Source: Dehalococcoidia bacterium | GTDB lineage: Bacteria > Chloroflexota > Dehalococcoidia > Lucifugimonadales > UBA2985 | Direction: 5' to 3' | Length of the DNA stretch: 64,000 nucleotides | Assembly (NCBI GenBank): GCA_965263185.1 | Contig: OZ253588.1 | Span: 1,153,454-1,217,453 of the forward strand | In this document: piece by piece, positions 38,476-48,299 of the stretch | Numbering within the stretch: position 1 is the stretch's first letter | Layout of the letters: every line of letters starts with the position of its first letter | Notes under the pieces: generated by a model | Told to the model about the DNA's origin: nothing | The model's input: the letters and a program-made list of their open reading frames with translations, nothing else | Database searches by the model: none | Program-made: the position numbers and the translations under genes

Positions 38476-39423
38476 ATGGCGATATTTCTTCGTGAGGAGG
38501 ACGTGGTACGCCTTTTGCCCATGAATGAGGCCATAGAGGTGGTGGAGCAGGGCTTCATGGAGCAGGGCAACGGGACCGGGGTAAACCTCCCCAGGGAACG
38601 GGCGCAGGCTAACGAAACAGGGCTGACCATGATGGTTGCGGTCCTGGGCGGCCTTGGAGTTGGCGGCTTCAAGACTATGGGCGCAGGCAAACCCCTGGTC
38701 ATGCTGTACGGGGGCGAGCCTAGGCAGGTCCTGGCGGTCATGGAGGCGGGGAACCTGGGGCAGATTCGCACGGGTGCGGCCAGTGGCGTGGCTACCAGGC
38801 ACATGGCACGGGAGGACGCCTCATCCGTCGGCATCATTGGGACGGGTTTTCAGGCCATGTCTCAGCTTGCCGCCGTCTGCGCCGTCCGGCCCATACGGAC
38901 CGTCAGGGCGTACAGCCGGACGCCTGAGCGCAGAGAGGAGTTCTGCCGCGACATGAGCGACTCCCTGGGCGTAGAGGTCTCGCCGGTATCCTCCGCGCAG
39001 GAGGCCGTCCGGGGGGCAGACATCGCCATAGCCATCACCAACGTCCGGACGCTGGACCCCGTGCTCCTGGGCGACTGGCTGGAGCCTGGGATGCACATCA
39101 ACGCTGCGGGCGCCAACTCCCTGAATCGCCGGGAGCTCGACGACGCTGCGGTGGTGCGCTGCTCCGTAATAGCCGCCGATGCCGTAGACCAGGCCAAGCT
39201 GGAGTGCGCCGACCTGGTCATCCCAATCGACTCCGGGCTGCTGGACTGGAGCGCGGTCTTGGAGCTGGGGCAGGTGGTCGCCGGCCAAGCGCCCGGCCGC
39301 CTCTCCGACGACGACATTACCCTCTTCGAGTCCCAGGGGATAGCCCTGGAGGACGTAGCGGCGGCGGCCCACATCTTCCGGCGCGCCCAGGAAGAGGGCA
39401 TCGGCGTACCTCTCCCCTTTTAG
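38476..39423 (+). CDS. Ornithine cyclodeaminase / mu-crystallin family protein
   Basis: LREEDVVRLLPMNEAIEVVEQGF, IRTGAASGVATRHMAR and the Rossmann motif VGIIGTGFQA. Confidence 0.85.
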   Translation: MAIFLREEDVVRLLPMNEAIEVVEQGFMEQGNGTGVNLPRERAQANETGLTMMVAVLGGLGVGGFKTMGAGKPLVMLYGGEPRQVLAVMEAGNLGQIRTGAASGVATRHMAREDASSVGIIGTGFQAMSQLAAVCAVRPIRTVRAYSRTPERREEFCRDMSDSLGVEVSPVSSAQEAVRGADIAIAITNVRTLDPVLLGDWLEPGMHINAAGANSLNRRELDDAAVVRCSVIAADAVDQAKLECADLVIPIDSGLLDWSAVLELGQVVAGQAPGRLSDDDITLFESQGIALEDVAAAAHIFRRAQEEGIGVPLPF

Positions 39424-39426
39424 GCC

Positions 39427-40779
39427 GTGAACCGAACGTTGCCCGTACCGATGTATATCCTGTCCCTGGGGCTTCTGCTCCTTGCAGGCTGCGCGGGGTC
39501 GGCGGATACGCCGGCGACCCCGCCATCCCCTACGGCAACCACACAGCCCGCGCCGACGCCTACGTCAATCCCGCCGGCAACAACACGGCCTACGCCAACT
39601 CTGCCGGCAACCTCTACGCCGACCCCTGCTACAGTCCGGCAGCCCCAACCCTCGGCCAACCCCACCGCGATGCCGACAGCCGCGCTCGCAGACGAGTCTC
39701 TACCGGCCCTTCGAGTCCAGCGAGCCTTTTCCAACCTGGCCTTCCGTCGACTCACCAATCTGGCGCAACCCCGGGACGCGCCAGACCGCATCTTTGTCAC
39801 GGAGCAGGCGGGGCTTGTCCGCGCGTTCCCCAACGATCCCCAGGCAACGGAGGCAGGGGTTTTCCTGGACATCCGGGACAAGGTGAGCGAAGCTAGCAAC
39901 GAGGAGGGGCTGCTGGGCCTGGCATTCGACCCGGACTACGCCGCCAACGGCCATTTCTACGTCTACTACTCCGCAGACTCGCCCCGGCGCTCTGTGGTGT
40001 CTCGATTCACCGTCCTGCCGGACAGCCCCATCGAAGCCGATCCTGGCAGCGAGCTGGTCATCATGGAGATACCACAGCCCTACAGCAACCACAACGGGGG
40101 CCAGCTTGCCTTTGGGCCGGACGGCTATCTGTACGTTGGGCTTGGCGACGGCGGCAGCAGGGGCGATCCAATGGGCAACGGGCAGGACCTCGGAACGCTC
40201 CTGGGGACGATACTACGCGTCGACGTGGCGGGCGCGTCCGTGGATGGGGGCTACGCCGTACCTTCGGACAACCCATTTGTCGGAATCGAGGGCGCGCGAA
40301 CGGAGATATGGGCCTACGGGCTGCGCAACCCCTGGCGATTCTCCTTTGACAGGGAGACTGGCGCGCTCTGGGTGGGCGACGTGGGGCAAAACAGGTGGGA
40401 GGAGATAGACCTGGTGGAGAAGGGGCTGAACTACGGCTGGAACATCGCCGAAGGACAGAGCTGCTTCTCCCCTTCCACCGGCTGTGACACCGCCGGGCTG
40501 GAGTTGCCTGTGGCGGTGTACGGCCGGGACGACGGCTGCTCGGTCACCGGCGGATACGTCTACCGCGGCAGCGACATGCCGGCCCTCGCGGGCGTCTACG
40601 TGTACGGCGACTTCTGCTCCGGCAAGATATGGGGCCTCCGCCACAATGGGGAGGCGGTTGCAGAGCAGACGCTGTTGGTGGATTCCGGCCTCTCCATCAC
40701 GTCCTTCGGAGAGGATGCGGAGGGCAACCTGTACGTCCTCTCCCGCGATGAAGGCATATACCGACTGGCCCCGGCGTAG
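39427..40779 (+). CDS. PQQ-dependent (soluble) sugar dehydrogenase family lipoprotein
   Basis: Lipobox LLLLAGC and a PT-rich linker. Motifs GLLGLAFDPDY, NHNGGQLAFGPDGYLYVGLGDGG, YGLRNPWRFSFD and GDVGQNRWEEID. Confidence 0.85.
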   Translation: MNRTLPVPMYILSLGLLLLAGCAGSADTPATPPSPTATTQPAPTPTSIPPATTRPTPTLPATSTPTPATVRQPQPSANPTAMPTAALADESLPALRVQRAFSNLAFRRLTNLAQPRDAPDRIFVTEQAGLVRAFPNDPQATEAGVFLDIRDKVSEASNEEGLLGLAFDPDYAANGHFYVYYSADSPRRSVVSRFTVLPDSPIEADPGSELVIMEIPQPYSNHNGGQLAFGPDGYLYVGLGDGGSRGDPMGNGQDLGTLLGTILRVDVAGASVDGGYAVPSDNPFVGIEGARTEIWAYGLRNPWRFSFDRETGALWVGDVGQNRWEEIDLVEKGLNYGWNIAEGQSCFSPSTGCDTAGLELPVAVYGRDDGCSVTGGYVYRGSDMPALAGVYVYGDFCSGKIWGLRHNGEAVAEQTLLVDSGLSITSFGEDAEGNLYVLSRDEGIYRLAPA

Positions 40780-40798
40780 CGGCGCGTCCCTTTGTGGG

Positions 40799-41605
40799 TC
40801 ACAGGTGGAGGGTCACTTCGCCGGCCGACAGGGTCTGTGTGGAGCCGTCCGCCTTGCGCAGGAGCAGGCTACCGTCGTCGTCCACCCCTTCGGCATACCC
40901 TTCGTACAGCGCGTCCCCGGAAGCCACCCGTATATGATGGCCCAGGGTGTCCAGCAGCCCTGCCCACTCATCCCGCACGGAGCCTCCCGACCTGATGCCA
41001 AGGTACAGCCACTCCAACTCCGCCATTATATCCGCCAGGAGCTCCGCCCGCGGAACGGGCTGCCCCAGCTCCTGCCGCAGGCTGGTGGCAATGTCCCTGA
41101 TCTCCGGGTACTCCCCGGGGTCGAAGTTGACGTTGACCCCCATGCCGATTATGGAGAAGCCGTCTGCGCCCTCCTGGGCAAGGGAGCTCTCTATGAGAAT
41201 GCCTCCTATCTTCTTCCCGCCGACGCGGACGTCGTTGGGCCACTTGATGGTGACCTGCGAGGCATCCGGGACAAGCCTGCGAAGCACGTTGGCAAGGGCC
41301 AGCGAGGCCATCATGCTTAACTGGGAGGATGCCTCTGGCTCCGGGCGCAGGACCAGCGAGAACAGCAGGTTTGCGCCCGCAGGAGAGACCCATACCCTCT
41401 GAAACCGGCCTCGGCCCGCCGTCTGCTCATCGACCACCACAAGGGCGCCCTCCGGGGCGTTGTCCAGGGCGGCCTTCCTTGCGTCGTCCATCGTAGACCC
41501 GGTGGTGGGAAGATAATACACGCGCCGGCCCAGCAGGGCGGTGGATAGCGCGCTCACAATCGTCTCGCGGCTCAGTTGGTCGGAAAACATATCAATGTCC
41601 ACCAA
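40799..41605 (-). CDS. birA: Biotin--[acetyl-CoA-carboxylase] ligase (no N-terminal HTH)
   Basis: QTAGRGRFQRVWVSPAG and IKWPNDVRVGGKKIGGILIE. Confidence 0.9.
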   Translation of the reverse strand: MVDIDMFSDQLSRETIVSALSTALLGRRVYYLPTTGSTMDDARKAALDNAPEGALVVVDEQTAGRGRFQRVWVSPAGANLLFSLVLRPEPEASSQLSMMASLALANVLRRLVPDASQVTIKWPNDVRVGGKKIGGILIESSLAQEGADGFSIIGMGVNVNFDPGEYPEIRDIATSLRQELGQPVPRAELLADIMAELEWLYLGIRSGGSVRDEWAGLLDTLGHHIRVASGDALYEGYAEGVDDDGSLLLRKADGSTQTLSAGEVTLHL

Positions 41606-41670
41606 TGGGTGACGGATTCGTTACTACGGTTTCAGCCTCCGCAAGTCGGGGCTGCCCGGTTCGAGAGCAT

Positions 41671-42031
<361 letters not shown>

Positions 42032-42131
42032 CACTTAAGTGTAGCGCCGACAGGCGCGCTGGTCAAAAGGGTGCTGTCTCAGGCCAAAGTCTCTCGTCTG
42101 TTTCCCCTGGACGGCCTACGAGCGAGCGGCC

Positions 42132-43502
42132 TCACTCCGGGCGCCCGCTCTCCTGTCTCAGGGAAAGCTGGACGGAGTCGTCTCCCACAGAGACGTGAGA
42201 GACCAACGCCCTGAGAACACGGCCGGCGGCCTCGCCTTCCAGTGAGTCCCAATTTTGCAGCAGAGACGACATGTCTCCGGTGGCAAGCGCTTCCTCCAGT
42301 GGGCTTGGAGATGAGGGGCCACCCTCCGGGCCGGCTCTCTGAGCGTCCAACTCTGCAATGGTTGATCGGAGCCGCCCCAAAGACGTGATGCCGGCGGCGG
42401 CGCTCTCAAGCGCTCTCAGGAACTGGGGGCTGAGAGGCCGGTCGCCCGTTTCTGCGTTGTGTTGGAGGCTGGACGGGTCCAGCCTGGATTCCCCGCTCTC
42501 CAGCGCCTCTTTGGCCCGGTCGAGCGCCCGGCGCTCCAGGGCGTCGGCGCGCCAGGTATGATAGCGGCACATTCCCTGGTTGGTCCTGGACTGGCACTGG
42601 TAGTAGCGGTACTGTCCCTCAACGCGAGAGCCGTCCTTGCGCTTCCACCCCTGACGCCTGCTCACCCCAATCATGCGATTCCCGCAAGAGGCGCAGTATG
42701 CCAGCCCCGATAGGAGGAACGGCTGGACTGCGCGAGTCCTGCGCCTCTTCCTCCCTTGCTCCATCTTGTCCTGGGCCAATCTGAAGTCGTCTCGGCCTAT
42801 GATTGCCGCGTGGTTGCTGGGAACCCTCATCCCAAAGCGGGTGTAGGTGCCAATGTAGGCGCGATTTCGCAGGATGTCCCTTATAGTGACTATGCTCCAT
42901 CCCCTGCCGCCCCTGGTTTGGACCCCTCTCTCGTTCAGGCTGCGTACTATGCGCCTCATGCCCAGTTTCTCATTGTTGTACATGTCGAATATGAGCCCCA
43001 CTGCGGCGCTTTCATCCGGCACAACCTCAAGCCTGCGATCGGAGCCAATCCTGTATCCAAAAGGAGGCTTGCCAAGCCCCTCGCCTCGCATGGCCTTGGC
43101 GATCATGGCCTCCTTGATACGCTCCCCCCTGGGCTTGCTCCCTCTCCCCCTGTTCCAATGCTTCAGGGCTTGCTGAAGCGGGTCCGGAAACTCGTCGTCG
43201 CTGCATTTGACCTCGGCCCTCAGGGCGTCCAGCTCCAGAACGCGGCGCACGGAGGACTCCAGGGTGTCTCCAAGGTGTTGGGGGCCGGCGATGATAACCA
43301 GGAACTCAGCTTTGGACTGCTTGAGGTAGTCCAGCATTTCCCCGTAACGGAGGCGTCCGCCGTCGGGGTCGTCTTCTGCAAAGGTCGCTACTTGCTGGTG
43401 GCCGTGCTTTTGGCAGTAGCTAGAGAATGCCTCCTGCTGGCCAAGCAGCGCGGTCTCTCCCTGTGCCCCGCTCTGGACGGAGAAGTAACCTATAGCCCTC
43501 AT
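42132..43502 (-). CDS. Large-serine-recombinase-like protein (recombinase and zinc-ribbon domains; N-terminal catalytic motif appears degenerate)
   Basis: The central GKPPFGYRI..VPDESAAVGLIFDMY..GMRRIVRSLNERGVQTRGGRGWSIVTIRDILRNRAYIGT and CASCGNRM..YYQC are typical. The N-terminus reads GYFSVQSGAQ where resolvases have YxRVSTxxQ. Confidence 0.7.
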   Translation of the reverse strand: MRAIGYFSVQSGAQGETALLGQQEAFSSYCQKHGHQQVATFAEDDPDGGRLRYGEMLDYLKQSKAEFLVIIAGPQHLGDTLESSVRRVLELDALRAEVKCSDDEFPDPLQQALKHWNRGRGSKPRGERIKEAMIAKAMRGEGLGKPPFGYRIGSDRRLEVVPDESAAVGLIFDMYNNEKLGMRRIVRSLNERGVQTRGGRGWSIVTIRDILRNRAYIGTYTRFGMRVPSNHAAIIGRDDFRLAQDKMEQGRKRRRTRAVQPFLLSGLAYCASCGNRMIGVSRRQGWKRKDGSRVEGQYRYYQCQSRTNQGMCRYHTWRADALERRALDRAKEALESGESRLDPSSLQHNAETGDRPLSPQFLRALESAAAGITSLGRLRSTIAELDAQRAGPEGGPSSPSPLEEALATGDMSSLLQNWDSLEGEAAGRVLRALVSHVSVGDDSVQLSLRQESGRPE

Positions 43503-43508
43503 GGGTGG

Positions 43509-44210
43509 TCAGCTTACATACAGTATTCGACTGCAACTGGGGCATTGAGCCGGCTCTTGCGAAGTGCGGGCCTGCTGCACCGCCCTGGTGGGCAGAGAGA
43601 TGCGGCAGCCCTGACATATCCCTCTTTCGACTTTGGCCACCGCCTGGCTCTGGCGGGTGGAGCGAAGGGAGTCGTAGAGCCTCATATGATTGGGGTTCAC
43701 CTGTGAGGATACGCTGTGGCGCCGCTCCTCCAGCTTCGTCAACTCCTTCTGCAGACGCGCTTTCTCCTCCAGCAGCTGCGCTTGCTCCCTCTGCTTCGCC
43801 GTCTGTACCTCGCGAAGGGTCTTCTCCAAGCCGCCAAGCCTCTGCTCCGCCTTCTCTGTGGTCTCCAGGGCCAGGAGCAGATTATCCTCTTGCTGCTTCT
43901 GTTGCTCCCTGAGGAGTTCCAACTCTTGCTGCATACCCTTCAGCTCGCGGGGGTTGCGCACCGTTCCTCCGTAGAGCTTCTCCTCCAGCTGTTTGCCCTT
44001 ATCCTGGTAGCTCCCTACGGTCAGGTCCAGATCCTTGCGCGCGATCTCCTGCTTGCTTAGAGCGGCTCGCGCCACCTCCACCGCCCGCCGGGACCTCAGG
44101 AGCAGCTGGTTATCCGCCAGTGTCTCATCAATAGAGGCTATGGATTGCCCGTGACGGTCAATTCCCCCGTCTATGCCTGAGAGGTCGTAAAGCTGCTGAA
44201 CGACTGTCAT
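43509..44210 (-). CDS. COG1579-type coiled-coil / C4 zinc-ribbon protein
   Basis: Long coiled coil followed by CQGCRISLP..CPSCSRIL. Start set at ATG 44210 (GGAGAC upstream); the ORF track extends to 44264. Confidence 0.7.
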   Translation of the reverse strand: MTVVQQLYDLSGIDGGIDRHGQSIASIDETLADNQLLLRSRRAVEVARAALSKQEIARKDLDLTVGSYQDKGKQLEEKLYGGTVRNPRELKGMQQELELLREQQKQQEDNLLLALETTEKAEQRLGGLEKTLREVQTAKQREQAQLLEEKARLQKELTKLEERRHSVSSQVNPNHMRLYDSLRSTRQSQAVAKVERGICQGCRISLPTRAVQQARTSQEPAQCPSCSRILYVS

Positions 44211-44289
44211 CGTAGTCTCCGCATCGTTGCCATTGTAGGGATAGGAAGCTATCTTTGTCAACAAAAGCGGGAGGCCACGCCGGGCGTGG

Positions 44290-45573
44290 CTATCGGGGAG
44301 CGCCTGCGGGTGACGGCTGCCAGCGAGTCACCACGGTCAGCAGCGCTGTGGACAGCACAACCCCGGCGCCGAACATGAACGCCGCCTTTGTGCCCATAGC
44401 GTCGGCCATCACGCCCGCTATGGCGGGCGCAAACGCCGATACAATGATGGCAGAGCCAAACACAAGGGAAACCGTGGTGGCCTGCGCTCCCGCCGCCACC
44501 AGGTCCATTGCGGAGGCAAGCAGGATGGACATCAATGGGAACAGGAAGCCCCCCATGAGAAACACTACCACCGCAAACACCCAACCGTACGGCGCAACGC
44601 CAAGCCCGATGAATGTCAGCCCAAGCACGACCAGGCTGGGGACCAGGATGAGCTTGCGCCCAAAACGGTCCGAGGCAAAGCCCAGAACCGGCTGCGACGC
44701 AATCCCTCCCACCTGGGCCAGGGACAGGAACAGTCCTGTGGTGGCGCTGGAGGCTCCCAAGTCTTCTTTCAGGTATATTGGCAGAAAGGTCAGAATTGCG
44801 CTCTGTCCTCCCACAAATCCGGCCGCAAACAGGAGCACCAGCAGGAGCCGTCGATTCCGCAGAAGGGTGGATGTGTCCGCCAGGTAGCGCGAGACACTCG
44901 CCCCCGAGGACCCCGTAGTGGGGATGCTCCTCAGGAAGAGCCATATCAGGATGCCGCATACAAGCCCAAGCCCTATGCTCCCCTGAAGGATAATCCGCCA
45001 GGTGATAAACCCCAGAAGAAACCCTACCAGAACCGGCCCAACGGTCTCGCCTACGCTGCCACCCGTGCCGTGAAGGGAAATGGCAAATCCCCTGCGGGAG
45101 GCGAACTCCCTGGAAAGGGATGATATGGCCGATGGATGCCAGAACGTGATGGCAATGGTGAATAGAGAGGCGGCTATCACGGCCATCCAGTAATTGGTGG
45201 CCAGCCCCAGCGCCATCGCGAAAGCCGACACCAGGATGATGGAGAGGCCAAGGATCTCGGCCCGTCGGTGGGCGAACCGGTCGCCTGTAAAGCCCGCAGG
45301 GATGTTCGCGAGCCCTCCCGCAATGTTCCTGAACGTGGACAGTGTGCCCACCTGGGTATTGCTGAGGCCCAGGCTGGCCTTGATCTCCGGAAGCAGAACG
45401 AAGAAGGCAGCATTGAAAATGTGCTTCAGGCCATGCCCCGCTACCGCGACCACCAGCAGCGTAATGCGCTGACCGCCGGTTATCTGCCGGGTTCCAGGGG
45501 TCGGATGTTCTCTATCCTGCATACACGTCTCTTTGCGGTCAGAATTTCTCCACGTCATATTACCACATGCCAA
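44290..45573 (-). CDS. MFS transporter
   Basis: 12-TM profile and the GDRFGRK-type loops (GFTGDRFAHRR; FASDRFGRK). An alternative start is at ATG 45522. Confidence 0.8.
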   Translation of the reverse strand: MACGNMTWRNSDRKETCMQDREHPTPGTRQITGGQRITLLVVAVAGHGLKHIFNAAFFVLLPEIKASLGLSNTQVGTLSTFRNIAGGLANIPAGFTGDRFAHRRAEILGLSIILVSAFAMALGLATNYWMAVIAASLFTIAITFWHPSAISSLSREFASRRGFAISLHGTGGSVGETVGPVLVGFLLGFITWRIILQGSIGLGLVCGILIWLFLRSIPTTGSSGASVSRYLADTSTLLRNRRLLLVLLFAAGFVGGQSAILTFLPIYLKEDLGASSATTGLFLSLAQVGGIASQPVLGFASDRFGRKLILVPSLVVLGLTFIGLGVAPYGWVFAVVVFLMGGFLFPLMSILLASAMDLVAAGAQATTVSLVFGSAIIVSAFAPAIAGVMADAMGTKAAFMFGAGVVLSTALLTVVTRWQPSPAGAPR

Positions 45574-45586
45574 AAGGCTTTACCTG

Positions 45587-45648
45587 CCACGTGTAGGGGC
45601 GGTTCGCGAACCGCCCCTACACGTGGCATCGCCCAGACATAGGAATGG
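45587..45648. repeat. Repeat unit: perfect 40-bp palindrome plus flanking module
   Basis: CCACGTGTAGGGGCGGTTCGCGAACCGCCCCTACACGTGG (45587-45626) followed by the reverse complement of CATTCCTATGTCTGGGCGATGC. The same unit occurs at 25262-25313. Confidence 0.8.
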
Positions 45649-45774
45649 CGGTTGAGGCCGACGCTTCAGCCGCACACGCGCGCCTTAGCTCCCTTTCCTT
45701 CAGCATACACGCTGACAGACGGGGCTAATGGTGTTAACATATTTGAGATGCACAGAATCAGGGGAGGTGAAGCC

Positions 45775-46089
45775 GTGCAAGAGTTCGTAAGGGTAGCTTC
45801 AACCGGAGACCTGGAGCCGGGCCAGATCATGCTGGCGGATGTGGATGACAAACGCATTATGCTGGTCAACGTTGACGGCCAGTACTACGCTCTGCAAGAG
45901 GAGTGCACCCATGCAGCGTGTCCGCTGTCGGAGGGCAATTTGGAGGGGCAGGTCATCGAGTGCCCCTGCCACGGCAGTGAGTTCGACGTGACCACCGGTG
46001 TGGCGCTCACCCCGCCCGCCAACGAACCGCTGGCCATGTACGCCGTCAGGGTGGAGGATGATAACATACTGGTCGGCCCGGCCGGTTGA
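45775..46089 (+). CDS. Rieske [2Fe-2S] ferredoxin
   Basis: CTHAACPL..CPCHGSEF. GTG 45775 is preceded by AGGGGAGGTGA; the ORF track starts at 45652. Confidence 0.8.
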   Translation: MQEFVRVASTGDLEPGQIMLADVDDKRIMLVNVDGQYYALQEECTHAACPLSEGNLEGQVIECPCHGSEFDVTTGVALTPPANEPLAMYAVRVEDDNILVGPAG

Positions 46090-46123
46090 GGGAAGTGGCC
46101 TATAAGCCGTCCCTGTCCCGGCG

Positions 46124-46552
46124 TTATGCCTCAGGGGCTATGTAGGAGACCTCCACCGCGGTATGGATGCCTCCGCGCGTCTTGAAGTCCAGCGTCAGAG
46201 CCAGACGACGGGGTTGGCAGACCGCCACCAGATCTGCAAGGATGCGGTTGGCGGCGTGCTCCTGGACTATTCCCACCTGCCTGTAAGACAGCAGGTAATA
46301 CTTGAAAGACTTGAGCTCCAGCAGCTTCAGGTGGGGCGTGTAGCGGACCGTAAGGGTCCCAAAGTCGGGGAGGCCGGTCCAGGGACACACGGCTGTGAAC
46401 TCATCGCTGTCCATCACTATCTCGCACTCCTGCTCCGGGTACTCGTACTCAAAGGCCAGGAGGCATGAAGCGTCTACTGCTCCCTCTTTCCGTACCTCGT
46501 AGCTGTGGTCCAGGCTGGAATACGCCTCCCGTAGCTCCTCAGCTTTAACCAT
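46124..46552 (-). CDS. queF: NADPH-dependent 7-cyano-7-deazaguanine reductase
   Basis: EFTAVCPWTGLPDFGTLTVRYTP..ELKSFKYYLLSYR..QEH. Start is ATG 46552 (GAGGTG upstream). Confidence 0.9.
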   Translation of the reverse strand: MVKAEELREAYSSLDHSYEVRKEGAVDASCLLAFEYEYPEQECEIVMDSDEFTAVCPWTGLPDFGTLTVRYTPHLKLLELKSFKYYLLSYRQVGIVQEHAANRILADLVAVCQPRRLALTLDFKTRGGIHTAVEVSYIAPEA

Positions 46553-46638
46553 GCTCTCACCTCTTACCGGGATGTGCCGCAAGTATAGCATATCCCCAGG
46601 GCCACAGCGCTCGGAGTGGCCGACCGCGAGGCCGAAGG

Positions 46639-47385
46639 CTACCTGCCCAGCTCTCCCACCTGGTACATCGCAGCAGCGGCCATGACAAGCCCCGCCGTTT
46701 CGGCTCTGAGCGTGCGATACCCCAGGCTCACCGGCGTCACCCCCGCCTCCCTGGCTTCCTCCACCTCCTCAGGCTCAAAGCCTCCCTCCGGGCCAACCAG
46801 AATGCTGACCCCTTCCGTCCTGGCCGTCTCCAGGCGCTCCATCAGGGTCTCCCGGAATCCCCTCTCTCTTTCTCCCTCCCAGGCCATGAGCCTCACGCCG
46901 GGGGCCGTATCCAGGACTTCCCTCAGCGACGCCAGGGGTCTTAGTAGCGGTATGCGAGTGCGACCGCACTGCTCCGCCGCTTCCTTGAGAATACTGTTCC
47001 AGCGCGAATACCGGCTATCGGCCCAGCCCTCGGACGCCCTGGGTATGCTGCGACGGCATAGTACAGGGACGAAGGTCGATATGCCTATCTCGGCGCCCTT
47101 CTGAAGCGCCATCTCGAACTTATCCCGCTTCAGCGCTCCCTGGTACAGAGTCAGCGCCAACCCCGGCTCGCCCGACCCGCGCCTCTTCTCCACAACCTCA
47201 CCCGCCAGGCGGGAGGGAGACACGCTATGCAGGGTCACAACGTACTCGCAGCCAAGGTTATCCAGCAGTACCACCGGGTCGCCGGGGCGGAGACGGAGCA
47301 CCTGCGCCGCTTGACGGGCTACCGGGCCATCCACCACGGCCTGCCCGCCCTGAATGCACTGTGGGTCTACGAAGAACCGGTGCAT
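46639..47385 (-). CDS. rsmE: 16S rRNA (uracil1498-N3)-methyltransferase
   Basis: MHRFFV N-terminus and ILVGPEGGFEPEEV..LGYRTLRAETA C-terminus. Confidence 0.9.
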   Translation of the reverse strand: MHRFFVDPQCIQGGQAVVDGPVARQAAQVLRLRPGDPVVLLDNLGCEYVVTLHSVSPSRLAGEVVEKRRGSGEPGLALTLYQGALKRDKFEMALQKGAEIGISTFVPVLCRRSIPRASEGWADSRYSRWNSILKEAAEQCGRTRIPLLRPLASLREVLDTAPGVRLMAWEGERERGFRETLMERLETARTEGVSILVGPEGGFEPEEVEEAREAGVTPVSLGYRTLRAETAGLVMAAAAMYQVGELGR

Positions 47386-47388
47386 CGC

Positions 47389-48294
47389 CTACCCATCGGC
47401 CTTCGAGGCCACGAGCGCGGCCCAATCGCCCTCGCGGTCCACTCGGAGAAGCGCGCAGCCCTCTGCCGCAAGCGACCGCTCCACCTCCTCCGCCCTTTCC
47501 GCCATGATGCCGGAAAGCGTGAGGATGCCGCCGGGAGCAAGCTGGGCCGCCAGGGCCTGGGTCATGCCCAGGATGACCTTGGTGTAGAGGTTCGCCACCA
47601 CCAGCCCAAAACCGCCGTCCACGGCGGAGTCAGTGGACAGGGTTCGTTGCTGCACCTTGACCACGCGTTGCAGCCCATTGGCCCGGACGTTGGCGCGCGC
47701 GGCCCTGACGGCAACCGGGTCTACGTCCAAGGCCAGGACGCGGCCTGCGCCCAGCCTGGCTGCCGCAATGCTCAGGATACCGGAACCCGTTCCCACGTCC
47801 ATCACACTCATCCCGGGGGTCACCAGCCTCTCCAACTCAGCAAGGCACATCCGGGTGGTGGGATGGTGGCCCGTGCCGAAGGCCATACCGGGGTCCATGT
47901 CGATTATCACCTCCCTGTCCCTGGCCGTGTACTCCATCCAGGACGGGCAAACGACAATGCGCCCAACGTGCAGCACGGAGAAGTGGCTCTTCCACGACTC
48001 CATCCACTCGTCTTCCTCCATCTCCCGTTCCTCAAGTGGAGATAGGGGATAGAGGCGCGAAATCAGGGCCACGGCTATTCCAATCTGCCCCCTTCGAGAC
48101 GCCGTCGTGTGGTCGACCGGAAGATAGCAGCGGAGAATGGCCGTAGGATCATCGGCCGGCGTTTCGTCCTCGTCCGGATTGTAGCCTCCCTCCAATTCCA
48201 CAGCCACGCCTCCATAGCCGTAGCGCTGGAAGACCACAGAGAGAGGCTCAACGTACTCCGGGGGCGCCCTAAGGCTCAACTCAAGCCATTTCAT
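47389..48294 (-). CDS. prmA: Ribosomal protein L11 methyltransferase
   Basis: DPGMAFGTGHHPTTRMCL and VMDVGTGSGILSIAAARLGA. Confidence 0.9.
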   Translation of the reverse strand: MKWLELSLRAPPEYVEPLSVVFQRYGYGGVAVELEGGYNPDEDETPADDPTAILRCYLPVDHTTASRRGQIGIAVALISRLYPLSPLEEREMEEDEWMESWKSHFSVLHVGRIVVCPSWMEYTARDREVIIDMDPGMAFGTGHHPTTRMCLAELERLVTPGMSVMDVGTGSGILSIAAARLGAGRVLALDVDPVAVRAARANVRANGLQRVVKVQQRTLSTDSAVDGGFGLVVANLYTKVILGMTQALAAQLAPGGILTLSGIMAERAEEVERSLAAEGCALLRVDREGDWAALVASKADG

Positions 48295-48299
48295 AGCTT

